From: Nemertoderma westbladi | Lineage: Eukaryota > Animalia > Xenacoelomorpha | Assembly: GCA_032718475.1 (NCBI GenBank) | Contig: JAUCBJ010006989.1 | Location: forward strand, 21,546-85,545 | DNA: 64,000 nt | Reading direction: 5' to 3' | Shown here: piece after piece, positions 26,193 through 39,467 of the stretch | Layout of the letters: every line of letters starts with the position of its first letter | Position numbering within the stretch: the first letter of the stretch is position 1 | Position numbers and translations under genes: made by a program | The notes under the pieces: generated by a model | The model's input: the letters and a program-made list of their open reading frames with translations, nothing else | What the model was told of the DNA's origin: nothing | Databases searched by the model: none

Positions 26193-26606
26193 TTACCAGA
26201 ACTTGGCGACAGTTTGGGGTCTGGGCATTGGCGGCAAATAGGAGCGATTGTAGTTGGCGTTAATGCGGTTGATAACGGAAGCCATACTGGTCGAGGGTCT
26301 AAGGAAGGGGTTGGGAAGGTCCCTAGCGGCGGGGTATGTTTCCCTGGTTGGTATGGTAACCGCGTGACCGCCCAACCTTCGGACCACTGTGTGCGCTGGG
26401 GTCCCGGGCTGCCGGGACCGGTTGGTGTAGCTGTACCGCTGTAGCTCCCGACGGGAGTAAACTAGTCGGCCGTCTGTCGTAGACAGTCGTACGTGGTTGC
26501 TAAGCGGGGTTGCTATGGATGCACTCGAGGTGTAGATGTTTCTAGAACTATTTACAGACCACATGGGCTGGTTGAGTACAGGTAGTGTTACTGTTTCCTT
26601 TACCAT
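26193..26606 (-). CDS. Uncharacterised small basic protein or coding exon (137 aa)
   Basis: GC-rich ORF in AT-rich surroundings, a good start context (cagtcATGG) just after a possible acceptor. No family recognised. Confidence 0.4.
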   Translation of the reverse strand: MVKETVTLPVLNQPMWSVNSSRNIYTSSASIATPLSNHVRLSTTDGRLVYSRRELQRYSYTNRSRQPGTPAHTVVRRLGGHAVTIPTRETYPAARDLPNPFLRPSTSMASVINRINANYNRSYLPPMPRPQTVAKFW

Positions 26607-26947
26607 GACTGCGATCAGGTATAATTAAAGCGTCGATATTCAGCAAATAATATTTAATTAATTAATATTAAGAAAAAAATCGTAATAAATTCACTTTGTT
26701 TAATTTAAAAATACCACATTTTACAAATGTAGAAATCTTATAATTATAATAGTTCGTACGTGTTCGACCTATATAATAATGTTGAACTATTTATTAGACA
26801 TAATAAATATATTCTCTGAACTGTCTTGTGTATTGATTGAAACCATAGCTGATTTACAAAGTGTGCCAAATGAGTTACCAATCTGGGTTTGGTACTCAAT
26901 TGTTTTGCTACATACTTAAACCCGCCTGCCAACTAACTAATATAATT

Positions 26948-27681
26948 TGTTATATTAATATAAAGAACAGCAATATATTTGAATATTATTGATTCCCAAA
27001 AAGTGATTAGTAATAATAAAATAAAATAATACGCATTGGTTGCCCCATTAATTCTTCCATCGGTCGCTATAGTAACCAATATTGCAGCAGCAGCGTGCTA
27101 CATTCATACAAACATGTACCTCAGTAAATATCAACGCCCCTACAATATAGAGCACGCTGTGACGTCATGATTATTATCTAATATTGGTATATATCCTAGC
27201 AACTACACAGCAATAAGTAACTTAAAAAATAAAATACTACAGTATCTTTCAAAAAAGGTAATACACGCAAATCTTGATGTTGCTTGTAAGTCTGTATTCG
27301 AATCGATATACTTTTAGCATTTAGGACCTAATTATTGTTAACCCTCTTTTTTCTTTATCAGTAAAAGCCGTACCGGTAACAAGATTCATTGTTGCATTCT
27401 AAATATAGCAATCAGCCCTATGTGTAGAAGTTGTTTGTTTCCGTACCGGTAAAGTACCTATCTATATATGGTGCCCTAACTTCACCATTTGTTACGAGAT
27501 TCCGTTAACTGTTTATCTGTTTATTGAGATTATTATTATATTATTATGTATTAACAACCTAATTTCTCTTCAACGAAATCTCCGTTAACATCTTGGCTTT
27601 ACAGCTTTAGTCAATTCAGCAATACGTCGACATTCAGATTAGGGAACCTCCGGTTTATGCCCGGTTATGCATACAGTAACA
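26948..27681 (+). repeat. Candidate 5' LTR of the BEL/Pao element
   Basis: TGTTA...TAACA termini followed by aaTGGTAGTAC (PBS-like TGG). No second LTR was found to confirm the boundaries. Confidence 0.35.
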
Positions 27682-28968
27682 AATGGTAGTACTGAGTGTT
27701 GACTCAGATAGATATCGAACGAAAACGCAACAGTCTCCAGATTCCAACACAGAAATCAGAATGAATGGTCTGTTGTACTCAGCTGCTGAATACGTGTCTA
27801 CTATCTGACCATCCTGCCATCTACCGGCACCGGTTCGCCAATGTCAAAGTAGCCTACTCCATACTCAACGATTCTCAACGGTCTGATGGTTTCAAACTCG
27901 CAATTTCTACACAGCAAGAGAGGACGAAAAAACACACGCTAAGTATAATCTACCGACTACCGGTTTATATAATTGTTGGGCAATTCAGCAATTTACTTGT
28001 TATAGTGTAGCCTACCGTAGTCTTTAGTTTATTTTTTCGTTAGTTTTTTTTGTTTCTCACTCACCCCGTTTAGCTTTACCTTCTCTTTCTTTGTTGGTGG
28101 TCTCTGTCATCACGAATCGGTCTTGGGGGCCGAAGACTTGATAGAGCCAGGACTCTCTATTGAACCATACAGATGTACAGGTTTGCAATAAGATAATATA
28201 GCCACGCAACGTTAGAGGGTTAGTAGGTACCGCTACGACCACCCTAGTTTTCCAAGTGATAAACTAGGTCAATTGCCTGATTGTATTAGGCCTACTTTTT
28301 ATGACCGAGGTCGGGTTCGAACCTCATACCTATATAACTTTTAATTTTTTGGGTTTAAACATTTACTTGCTTAATTCTTTATACCGTATATGCCTTAGGT
28401 TGACTCTACTTTTTTGTAAAGGCACCATCGAAGCTATATACTGACAGTAGGTACTGATATGTGATATATATATGAGTAATTTTTTGAAGCTATTTATTGA
28501 TTATTTTTCGATTTGTTTTTTTTTTGTTTTTGTCTTACATTTTTCACTTAATGTGACAGATATAGCCAAATCTCGATTGGTTTGGTTTGACGTTACAAAA
28601 TTGTGTCGTCTTGCAATATTTTATATTTAATACCGGTATATAGCATTATATGTATACCTGAATACCGGTATATATCCTTACTGGTACCGGTACTTGACTT
28701 AATACTGTAATATATATACCAATATTTTTACTTTTTGTAATACCGGTACTTTAATTAATAATTCTGAATGGCAGGATTATTTTGATGGACTTATAATACT
28801 TATATGTAGTATTATATTACTGAGTTAGAGTTATTTTTATTTCCAAATTACAGGCTGCCAATTGCAGGGTTAAGTAAAGGGAAAATAATAAAGTGCGATT
28901 AAAAATTTATTAATATCAAAAAAAAAATACGATAAGATACCGTACATTAAAGTGAGACTAAATTAGTC

Positions 28969-31900
28969 ATGTCTTTGCCCCATGCGTCTGTAGTTCGGAC
29001 ACCCACCGGCTCAGTTACTTTATCACCTACAACTGGGCCCCGAATTATAGCGACTCCGACCTCATTGAATGATGTGGAGGCCTCGGAGATAACAATTGTT
29101 GGCGACCAGCCGACGTTATTACCAAATGAAATTAATCCCCCTAGCCGTGTGTGTATCAGAGGGACAGCAGTAGAGGATACAGTGAGTTTTGATCCACCAC
29201 CACCAAGTGGCGAAGTTAATAAATTTACTGTTAGACCTCGTTCTTCCAGAACAGCATCCACCACAACCATGAATTCTATCGACATTGCTGCTATAAACCG
29301 TGGGTTAGGACAACTATACCGACATATGGATATTGGCATGTTGGAACTGGAAAATCAAACCCAACAATCAGGTGAACACACGCCAGATATTAGCCGAAAA
29401 ATGGACAAACTAGAAGGTAGGTGGAATAATATTCTAGAATTGTATCAGAAACAGTGTTATTATTTCGAAAATATAGGAGGTAGTGTCGACGAACATCAGC
29501 AAGCTCGCAATAAATATGTAAGTTTAAGTGATCGGTATAAATTGCTAGTAAACAGGACGTCCATTTGTGAAGGAACCTCAATACAAGAGGCATCTTCGGT
29601 AAGTTCAAGGTTACAATCAGTTACCTATACACCAGTCACTTCGCTAACATGGGACAAGTATCCCATGACATTTTCATCCATTCCCAGGCCAAATATAGAT
29701 CGTACTGTACTTCATACTGACAATGACATACTTAATGTCCTTTCTCCACATCGACTTAATGGTAGACCTAGACCCCATTCTACTGTAGAATATATCCCTG
29801 ATATGGAAAATCGCTCTAGGCAAGGGAGTGTAGGAGGACAGTCTTCACAGCCCTCTGTTGTATCAAATTCTAGTTCCACTAGGTCATCTAGGATGAGGAG
29901 GATTGTTGATGGAAAAGCAGCCATCCTTGCCAAGCGGCAGGCTGCAGAAGCATTACGGCTTTCTCAGCAGATGGAACGGGAAAGGGTTCATGTCGAAAAT
30001 GAGTTACTAATTGCTCAGGAGAATACACGCATTGAGGATGCTGAGCGGAAGGCCAAACGTTTTGCAGAAGATGTAAAACGTGCTGCAGAAGAAGATGCAA
30101 TTCGAGCTAAGGAAGAAGCGGAGCGCATCCAGCAGGAAGCAAGACAACGGATTCAGGAAAGCAAAAAAAAGAATGAAATCTATAGTCGCATCCGCCAATT
30201 TGATGACCTCAGGGATCTGCAGCAAGCACAACATCAGCTTCAAGCAGAGGAGTATAGACAACAATTGGATATAGCAGAGTTGACTGCGATTGAAAGAGAT
30301 ACATCAGTAGACCTAGAAGCTCTAGCAATTCCATCAGTCCAATCCACTCCATTTTTAGATGAACTGGTACCTAACAAAATTGTTGGTGACCCTGACCACC
30401 CCATACAGGCATCCAACCCAGCTACCGGAATTGGACTAAGCAATACCAACTTAACTGTGAATCACCCTATTGCTGTGGTAGATCATCCTACTGTAGTCAG
30501 TCCTATAGCTGCCAATGTAACCCCTTCTCGCTCAGAGCAATTGAGTAAACAAAAACTCAAATTTGATCAAATACACAAACATATGGCCACTGATAGTGAA
30601 GAGGATTCCCCATCTGATTTACCACCTAACCATATTAAACCTCAAAAAACGATGATTTTCCACAGAGTAGTAGGGAAAAACAAGGTTTCCATGCCATCCA
30701 TACCTGAGGACCACCCTGTGACTCAGCAGCAGTTGAGTGAAGTATTAAACGGTGTAAAAAACTCAATAACTGAATTGTCTCGACATATGCCGACTCCTTT
30801 GTTTCCTAATAAGGACAGTAGTCTACATCGGATGAACTCAGAGACCCACCTAAGGGAACAAATATATTCCCAAAATCTGCCCAAGCCCACCAAACCTAAC
30901 AGGTCAACTAAAAGTTTTTCAATCCCACAGACTCCCTTACCAAATCGATCATGTGTAGCTAGTGCCTATGGACCTTCACATTATCCACATGTGCGTAATG
31001 CATGTGATCAAGGAAAGGAATCGAATCCTAGATTACTTTCATCTCCTATAGTTATAGAAAAATTTCATGTACCAAGGGGACCTTGTGATAGTGCATTTTA
31101 TGCCAGACCTCGTAGTACGCGCCAATGGGCTGAGACTCAAACAGTAAACTCACTAGTTAATGGGCAATATGAAGGGGACCATGGTCGTGAGTGGAGTAGG
31201 GACTCAGTTGGGGGGCAAACACCATACCGAGCAGGTGAGTATGATAGGCAACCCCATAATCAACATGGTTACAGAGATCGAGGAGATCTAGACAGGGACT
31301 CTAGCCCACATAAACCTTCTGATGATGGTGACTCGTGTGACAGTGATGGTCACCAGAGTGACAACAAACCATATGTTTCTTCTAAATCTCGAAAAGGTCA
31401 TCGTGGCCATCCCCAACCCCAACTAGGGACACCTTGTCACCATCCAACTTCTACCCAGCAGCATGCCCTGTTCGAAAAGTTAGCACTATCCTTGGAGGCT
31501 CCTAAACTGGACCCAACTCCCTTCACTGGAGATCCCAAGAAATTCTTAGGTTTTAAAAACCGTTTCATAACCCAAGTAGATGCTAAGGAAGTCCCTGATG
31601 ATGTTAAATTACGTTACTTGATTACTTATGTACGGGGAGAACCATTAGACATGATAGAACACTATGAGGGCATGGTTGATGGTTATGCACAAGCCTGGAG
31701 CACTTTAGAGAGACTGTATGGACAGCCGGCGAAGGTGATGAAAGCCGTAGTAGCTGATGTTACTCGTTGTAGGTATCCTGTGGCATCTCCCAAGGAGTTA
31801 TTAAAATACTCACATGATGTTCGGCGGACAATGGATATACTTCAAAGCCTGAACTGTTATGCTTATGTCAATAACCCTGACTTCATTCAGCAGATCGCTT

Positions 31901-34900
31901 CAAACCTTTCGAATGTTATCAGGAACCGCTGGGCAACTCAAGTACATGAATATCGAATGCGAAATGGTACTGACCCAGGTATGCCTGAACTTGTAGTTTT
32001 CCTTGACAGGGAAACCAGTATTGCAACCTGCCCTCTTTATGGGCCGCAAGCTGCTAGTGATATCTTGAAGTGCAAGATGGGAGACCGTTTTAAGGGTTTT
32101 TTTCCACGGCCATCTCCTGAATCGACTTCAACAAGCACTATGGAAAACTTCCATATCCATGACTCACCATCTGCCGATATCAATGTTACGGAACCTCCTT
32201 TAGGTGATGACAATTATAAAGGTGAGCAAGACTCTGAGTTAGATGTGAATGCAATGGCAGCTGATTGTTTGCCTTGTCTATGTTGTAATGATAAACATCC
32301 ACTGACCCAGTGCACACGTTTTCAGGGTTATGGTTCTGATGCTTGTTATGACTTTGTTATAGAACATAAATTGTGCACACTGTGTCTTAGGAAAGGTCAC
32401 TGGAGGCGAAAGTGTCGCTCAAAATATAGGTGTAATTTAAACGGTTGTGGAAAACGCCATGCTAGAGTGTTACATCCAGAGCCCGGTAAAACAGAAGAAG
32501 AAACAGATGATCTGATCCGCAATTATTATGCTCTTCAGCGTGACAGCCAATCAGAAACTTCAGTAAAGTTTAGTAAATTTATGGCTCCGATAAACAAGCC
32601 CGATTATAAGCTGTACAAGCAGGTCGCCGCCATGGCATCAAACCATAATGTTCTGACCGAGGCCAAAGTTGTGTTTTTGCGTGTTGTTCCACTTGAAGTA
32701 AGTAGTCACACTACAGGGCGGAAACTCACTACCTTCGCTTTATTAGATGAAGGGTCAACAGGGACCTTCATAGACAAGGTAGTTGGACATTACTTAGGCA
32801 TTGAGACACAATATGTTGATGTTTCGTTGAACACTATACTCACCCAGGGTGATGATAAGACAATAGAACAAGGAAGTTGCATAGTAAGATCTATAATGAA
32901 GGAAGGAAAAATCAATCTTGATCTCCATCATGTAATGCTTATGTCTGATTTTCATCTAAACTATGCTAGACCACAAAAATGGTCCATCGACGACCTTCCT
33001 TACTTAAAAAATATCAATCTCAAATACCCAGATGTGGACATTGACCGTATATCGATGCTGATAGGAATAAATAATCCACAGGCACACAAAATCATTAGAT
33101 CTGTCTGGGGACCTACACCCTATGATGAAGCGAACAACCCACATGCCATTAAAACACCATTTGGTTGGACTTTAGTTGGGCCACTCATCAATGGGTTACC
33201 AAAAATACTTGTGACATCAGAAGATGACAAAAACGATCATATAATGGAACAACAGCAACCAGATGTTGAATTTCATACTTGCACCGCAATACAAAGTTCA
33301 TCTTACGATTTTGTCGAGCAGATGGAAGGTGCTCCTCAACCTTGTATATGGAATCTTAGTAAGGATACTGATGATGCTAAGTACCAATTTATAGATGACT
33401 CTCAAACCCATCTATATGCAGACAGGGGACTGGATAATGTTCCTACGTCCAACACCATTTGTATAAATCACGTTGAGTGCTGTCCATGGAAAAGAGATAA
33501 TTGTCCAGATGACATAGTTACACATAATGATTTGAAACGGTTTTGGGACTCTGAAGCCTATTCTTGCCCAACTGGAATAGCCACAAAGTCAGTGCAAGAC
33601 CGTAAGTGTGAAAAAATTCTCCAAAACACGACAAAGCTAATTAATGGCCACTACTATGTAGGAATGTTATGGATTGACCGTGATAAACCTCTAATTAATA
33701 ACAAATCCTTGGCAATTTCTCGACTTAGGTGGATTAAACGGAAGCTCTTAAAAATGCCTGCAGCTCACCAACAGTATCAGTCTATTTTTGATGACTATGA
33801 AGCTAAAGGTTATGCCAAAAAATTATCATTGGAAGAAAAAATGGCATTGAATGGTCCCAGGACTTATTATGTCCCAACCCATCCGGTATGGAACCCTAAC
33901 AAACCTGGAAAACTCCGTGTGGTTAACAATGCTGCTTTAGAGTACAAAGGGATGAGCCTGAACTCCAATTTGATGGAAGGGCCAAACTTCTATAACTCCA
34001 TCATTGATGTTCTCCTCAATTTCCGATTACATCGTGTAGTATTTGCCTGTGATGTTGATGCAATGTTCCACCAGGTGCGGACATATGACTATGACTCACA
34101 ATCGCAGAATATCATATGGTGGGAGGGTGACACTGAACCTGACAGCATGGTTGACTACACTGTGTATCAAATGCAGGTAGCTATATTCGGAGCTACAGAC
34201 TCCCCATGTCGAGCAACCCATGGAATGAGAACAACAGCAGACGACAACCGAGATAAGTTCCCCCCTGAAGTTATTACAGCCATCAAAGAACATTTCTATG
34301 TAGATGACGGACTTTCGGGAGCGGAGACAGTAGAACAAGCTGTGAAACTTGCACTGGGCGTTATCGATTGCCTTAGCCTGGGGGGTTTTAACCTTGCTAA
34401 ATTTATATCAAATTCGAAGGACTTTCTTGAGTTCATTCCCCTTGAACGACGAGCTCAAGTGGATCTAGACCTGGCATTTGATGAACTTCCTGTTGCAAGA
34501 GCACTGGGGATAACGTGGTCACCTGAGACTGACACGTTTACATTTAAACCAATCACAAAACGACACTCTCCTACCAAACGTGGGTGTTTAGCTACAGTAG
34601 CTTCCATCTACGACCCTTTGGGACTAGTTGCCCCTGTTGTACTACGAGGTAAGCAGTTCCTACAGAGATTGTGGGGACTTAACTTAGGATGGGACGAGAT
34701 CCTAGACAAGGAGTTACTCGAAGATTGGAACTTGTGGTACCACCAACTCCAACTCTTGTCTCACCTCCACATTCAACGCCACTATTTTTTTGACCACCTT
34801 TCTAACCCGGATGATACATTGCAACTACATCATTTTTGTGATGCAAGTTTAATAGGATATGGCTGTATTTCATATATTCGAAAGATATCATCTCTTGGAC

Positions 34901-37026
34901 TTATCACATGTTCCTTGATTTATGCAAAGACCAGGACAGCCCCTTTGAAACAAGTTCCAATTCCCAAATTGGAGTTACAAGCTGCAGTATTATTAACCCA
35001 GAGTCACAGACAGATTATCTCTAGCATTGGCCCACAGATACAATCATCAAATGTTGTATGTTGGTCAGACTCAAAGGCAGTTTTATTTCAGCTGGCCAAT
35101 GAGGCAAGACGGTTTGAAACATATGTCGCCAACCGAGTAGAGGAAATACGCCGCCATACCACACCTCAGCAATGGCGCCATATTCCTGGACATAAGAACC
35201 CCGCTGATATTGCTAGTCGCGGCTCCAACCCTTCTGACTTTGTACAGACCTATCAGAATCCTTGGTTCAATGGACCACTATTTCTTGGACAACCTGAAAC
35301 ACGATGGGAAGAAACATTACAGATTAAGAATCCCATGGAACATGCTGATCCACCAGCTAACGCAGGTTTGAAGGCTAACAAGCCTAAAAAACTCACGAAG
35401 TCTAAGGTTATTGCCGCCACATATATTACCGAACCAAATAAAGCAATACACAATCTACTCCATCGTTTTAGTTCATTTGATTTATTAAAGCGTGTCATTG
35501 CTAGATTCCTTGTAAAAATAGAACATATACGTCGTAGAAGTTGTGAAATACGGGAACTTATAGATGACAAACAGCTGTTTTATAAGTGCTGGATCCTAGC
35601 TGAAGCCAAAGCTCTAATTCTTTTACAATCTATGACATTTCGTGATGTTATTGACTCTGTCGTTGCCAAGCGACAGCACTCACTCCCCCGAGCCTTTGCT
35701 ATACTGAACCCCATTGTAGGAACAGATGGTTTATTACGCATGGGATCCAGACTCGGTCTTTTGCAGACATCCTCTTATGACATGACGCATCCTATCATCT
35801 TACCAACCTCACATCACTTGACAACCGTAATAATAAGAGATGTGCACATCAATCATGGACACATGGGTGTGGACTATACGATTAACAAGCTTAGACAGAA
35901 ATACTGGGTGCCTGCCCTTAGAAGGTTAGTGAAAACAATTATTAAACATTGCATTCCGTGTAGAAAACGTTATGCCAAACCAGGACAACAGATGATGGCT
36001 CCTATTCCTATCGTGAGAACAATTGGCTACCTTCCACCATTTACCAATCTTGGTGTAGACCTATTCGGTCCCTTATACGTAACCAGGGGACGCGGATCCG
36101 ACAAACGTTTTGGTGTACTTCTCACATGCATGAGTTCTAGAGCTGTGGTGTTAGATTTATCACTTAACTACAGTGCAGACGCACTGCTGTGTGTGCTACG
36201 GCGTTTTATTTGTAACCACGCGGGAGTAGAGAACATTTACTCTGATCAAGGGAGTCATTTCGGTGGTAGTGAAACTGAGTTGGATAGACTCGCTATAGAA
36301 GCCCAGGAAGCTGGAATACCTCACGATATCATTGGAAAGATCACATGGTTCTTCCAAACCCCTACGGCCAGTCATCATGGGGGCGTATGGGAAAGGTTAA
36401 TTAAAACTACGAAAAATACCTTTCGTGCACTTATGGAAGAACGGCACTCCCAACACAAACTAGTTTCTGAGGAAGTATTGCGAACCACCATGGCTGAAGT
36501 TCAATACCTTATCAACAACAGGCCTCTCTGTTCCCTAAATGATGACGTGACGTCAAACGAGGTATTGACCCCCAATCATCTCCTACTACGAAGGAAAACA
36601 ACAGTACCGTCTTCAAATGAATTATTACACGAACTCTATGACGGACACGAACTGCATTACAAGAAAATGTGGAGGAAGTCCCAATATCTAGCTAGCCAAT
36701 ACTGGCGTATATGGCGTGAAACCTATATACAAAATCTCATGACGCGACAGAAGTGGCTCAAACCACACCGTAACTTCAAAGTAGGAGACATAGTCTTAGT
36801 GATTAACCCCGACACAAAACGCCACAATTGGCAGGTAGGACGTGTTACTGAGGTCTTACCGAGTGCAGACGGACTAATTCGCACTGTGCACGTGAGAACA
36901 AAGACATCCGTGTTATGCCGCCCTATACAAAAAATATGTTTATTGGAAATGGCATTAGATGACTCTATGAAAAACATACCAGTAAATGACGACTCCCCTC
37001 ACACTAAAAATTTGACTGGGGACTAA
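28969..37026 (+). mobile_element. BEL/Pao LTR retrotransposon gag-pol polyprotein (intact 2685-aa ORF)
   Basis: Gag region PFTGDP, three Cys/His knuckles, protease LLDEGS, RT FYVDDGL, Pao RNase H/A17 region (YDPLGL, HHFCDAS, IPKLELQAA), integrase HHCC and D-D-E (GVDLFGP, SDQGS, GGVWERLI), and a DUF5641-like tail. Confidence 0.96.
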
Positions 37027-37031
37027 TAATA

Positions 37032-39385
37032 TTACAAATTAGTAAATATGAAAGTCTGAGTTTGAAAGTTTGAGTGTTTGGCAAACAGCGACAGTGGCCT
37101 CTTTAACTTCTTTTTGAGATTCTTTGGAATGAGGGGGACCCACGCAACCGCACAGTACATATATTGTGGTACAATGTAAGTTTCAAAGAGAAATATTTTT
37201 GTATCTTTATTTGCAAACCGGATGAAAAAACTGAATTGGCGAACTATGTGATTTACCCTTTTTATAAGTTTAAATATATGAGTTTTCCATGATAGATTAT
37301 TTGCAATCCATATTCCAAGATGTTTCACTTCGGACGGACGCGGAACCTCGTCACCATCTATGTAGATTATATTTCTTCTGCGATATCTAGAACTTTCTGT
37401 TCTTTAAAGTTCATTGGAATGAAACATAGTTCTTCAGATTTCTTTGCGTTTATCTTTAAGTTTTTTCCATATGATAGCTCAACAATTCGCTGTATGTTAG
37501 ACTTATATTTGTCATTTTCTGCGGAATGCCTTATCGCCTGTAGATTTCTTGAGTCATCAGAATATTTTGCTAGGGATCCATCGTCAGCTCGAATTTCATC
37601 AGTGTCTTTGGTAAACAAAGGTCCACTAAGAGGACCCCCTTGGGGAAAACCAACTTTCAGTGAAATAGAGGAAGATATGTTTTTTCCAGATTTAACCGAT
37701 TGAGAGAAACCACTCATGTATGAGTGAAGCCAGCTGGCCAACCAACGCATCTCTATTGGTAATTCGTCTAAAAGTCTGTTTAAAAACTTGTTTTGTAACA
37801 CTGTGTTAAAAGCAGATGAGTAGTCTATGAATAAACATTTTACAATTGTGTGTATTTCATCTAACGCTTTTGTAATCTGATGAAGGAGGTATAAGATCGC
37901 ATCAGCTGTAGAATAACCTTTTTTGTATGCAAATTGAAAAATATCATCAGTGGATTTACTTGCATTACGAAATATATCTAGAGCCAATCTGTCTAAACAC
38001 CTAGAACTCAAAGGAGTAACACATACTGGTCTGAAGCTGGTTTTTTCAGAAAATGATGAATCACATCTTTTAGGTAAGGCAGATGTCAAAGACGAATTCC
38101 AACATTGCGGGTATTTTTGTTGATGGAAACTATCTCTGAATAGTGAAGCATAAGGTATAGAAAGTTCTTTTGCAAAGGTTTTATAGCAAATTGCAGAAAC
38201 AATGCTACTACCTTGGGCTGTATTCGGTTTCAATTTACGTATTAATTTCTCAACCACAATCGGATCAACATGAATATCATTATCATAGGTGGTACCATTA
38301 TATATAGGCTCATCCTTATTCACATCCTCGTTAAATCTAGTGAAGAAATTATTAAGACTCTCGACTTCATTTTCATCAAATTTATGAACTTGGTGTTTTT
38401 TCCTTATACAGGTATCAGATAGTTTGTACAGTTGAGTTTTTGGCATATTGGTGAATTCCATTTGCCGTTTATCAAAGATCAGTTTGTTGATTTTTCTCTG
38501 GCACTCATTTCTCTTAACATTATCCTTACATGCTATAGCTTTCTTTTTCTCAGCTAGAATGCCTTTAACACCAGGAATAGGTTGACGTATGTGAAAATTA
38601 TGTACTTTCATCTTAGTTAGAGGTAAGTGTTGATCAAAGATATACTTTATATAGCTCTCTGTAGCTTCCACACTTTTATCTAGACTAGTGGTGTCTTGGA
38701 AAACATTCCAATTTGTTTCATCAAAAATTTGTTTTACTTCAGCAATTTTTTCCTCGCTGAAAACACGAGCCTTTTTGTAGCTAGGTTTAGGTTTATATGC
38801 ATTGCTGCAGTCCTGCAGTCAATTTTTGGTTGAAGAAAGATAGACTTATGATCATCCACTCTACCAATAGGAGCTGATGTGGAGCAATGATATGGGTAGG
38901 CATCAGTGACATAGGCCACATCTAATTGTGATTCTGAACGAATAAATGTAAACTCATTGACCATATTCACTAGATTAAGAGAGTCTAAGTAATTCACTTT
39001 TGGTTGGTTTACATCACCGATAATAATCAAGTATCCTTTTGGTTTGGATACCATGATGGTGTTCATCACTTTACGTAGCTCCTTTCTTGCTATTGGTCTT
39101 TTTGCATTTGGTCGTATGTAGATATTGACAATAATAATGGAGTTGTATTTCGATGGAAGGTATCTTGGACGACAGACCAGAGCTAAGGCTTCACAATCAG
39201 GCTTGGAGACAGCAACAATTATGCTAGGTTTTGTATTACACCACATTTTGCTTACATAAGTGATTAGACCTCCACCCCCATTTTCCTTGAAGTTAGCAAT
39301 GTCTCTATCAAGCCGAAAAAGATAAAAATCATCAATTGTAATGCTCCCATCAGAGACATCAGCTTTTAGTTTTGACTCTTGAATC
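37032..39385 (-). mobile_element. Rex1/Babar-like LINE (APE endonuclease + RT), frameshifted and truncated
   Basis: APE motifs CRPRYLP..IIVNIYIRP, IIGDVN, LDVAY, DDH; RT motifs LFIDYSSAFNTV, GFPQGGPLSG, KYSDD; split across three ORFs. Confidence 0.88.
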
Positions 39386-39467
39386 GGAACTTGAATGACT
39401 AGCTATATGTTCTAGAACATTATATTTTTTATTTTATTTATGTTCTAGAATAGTGTATATTAATTAT

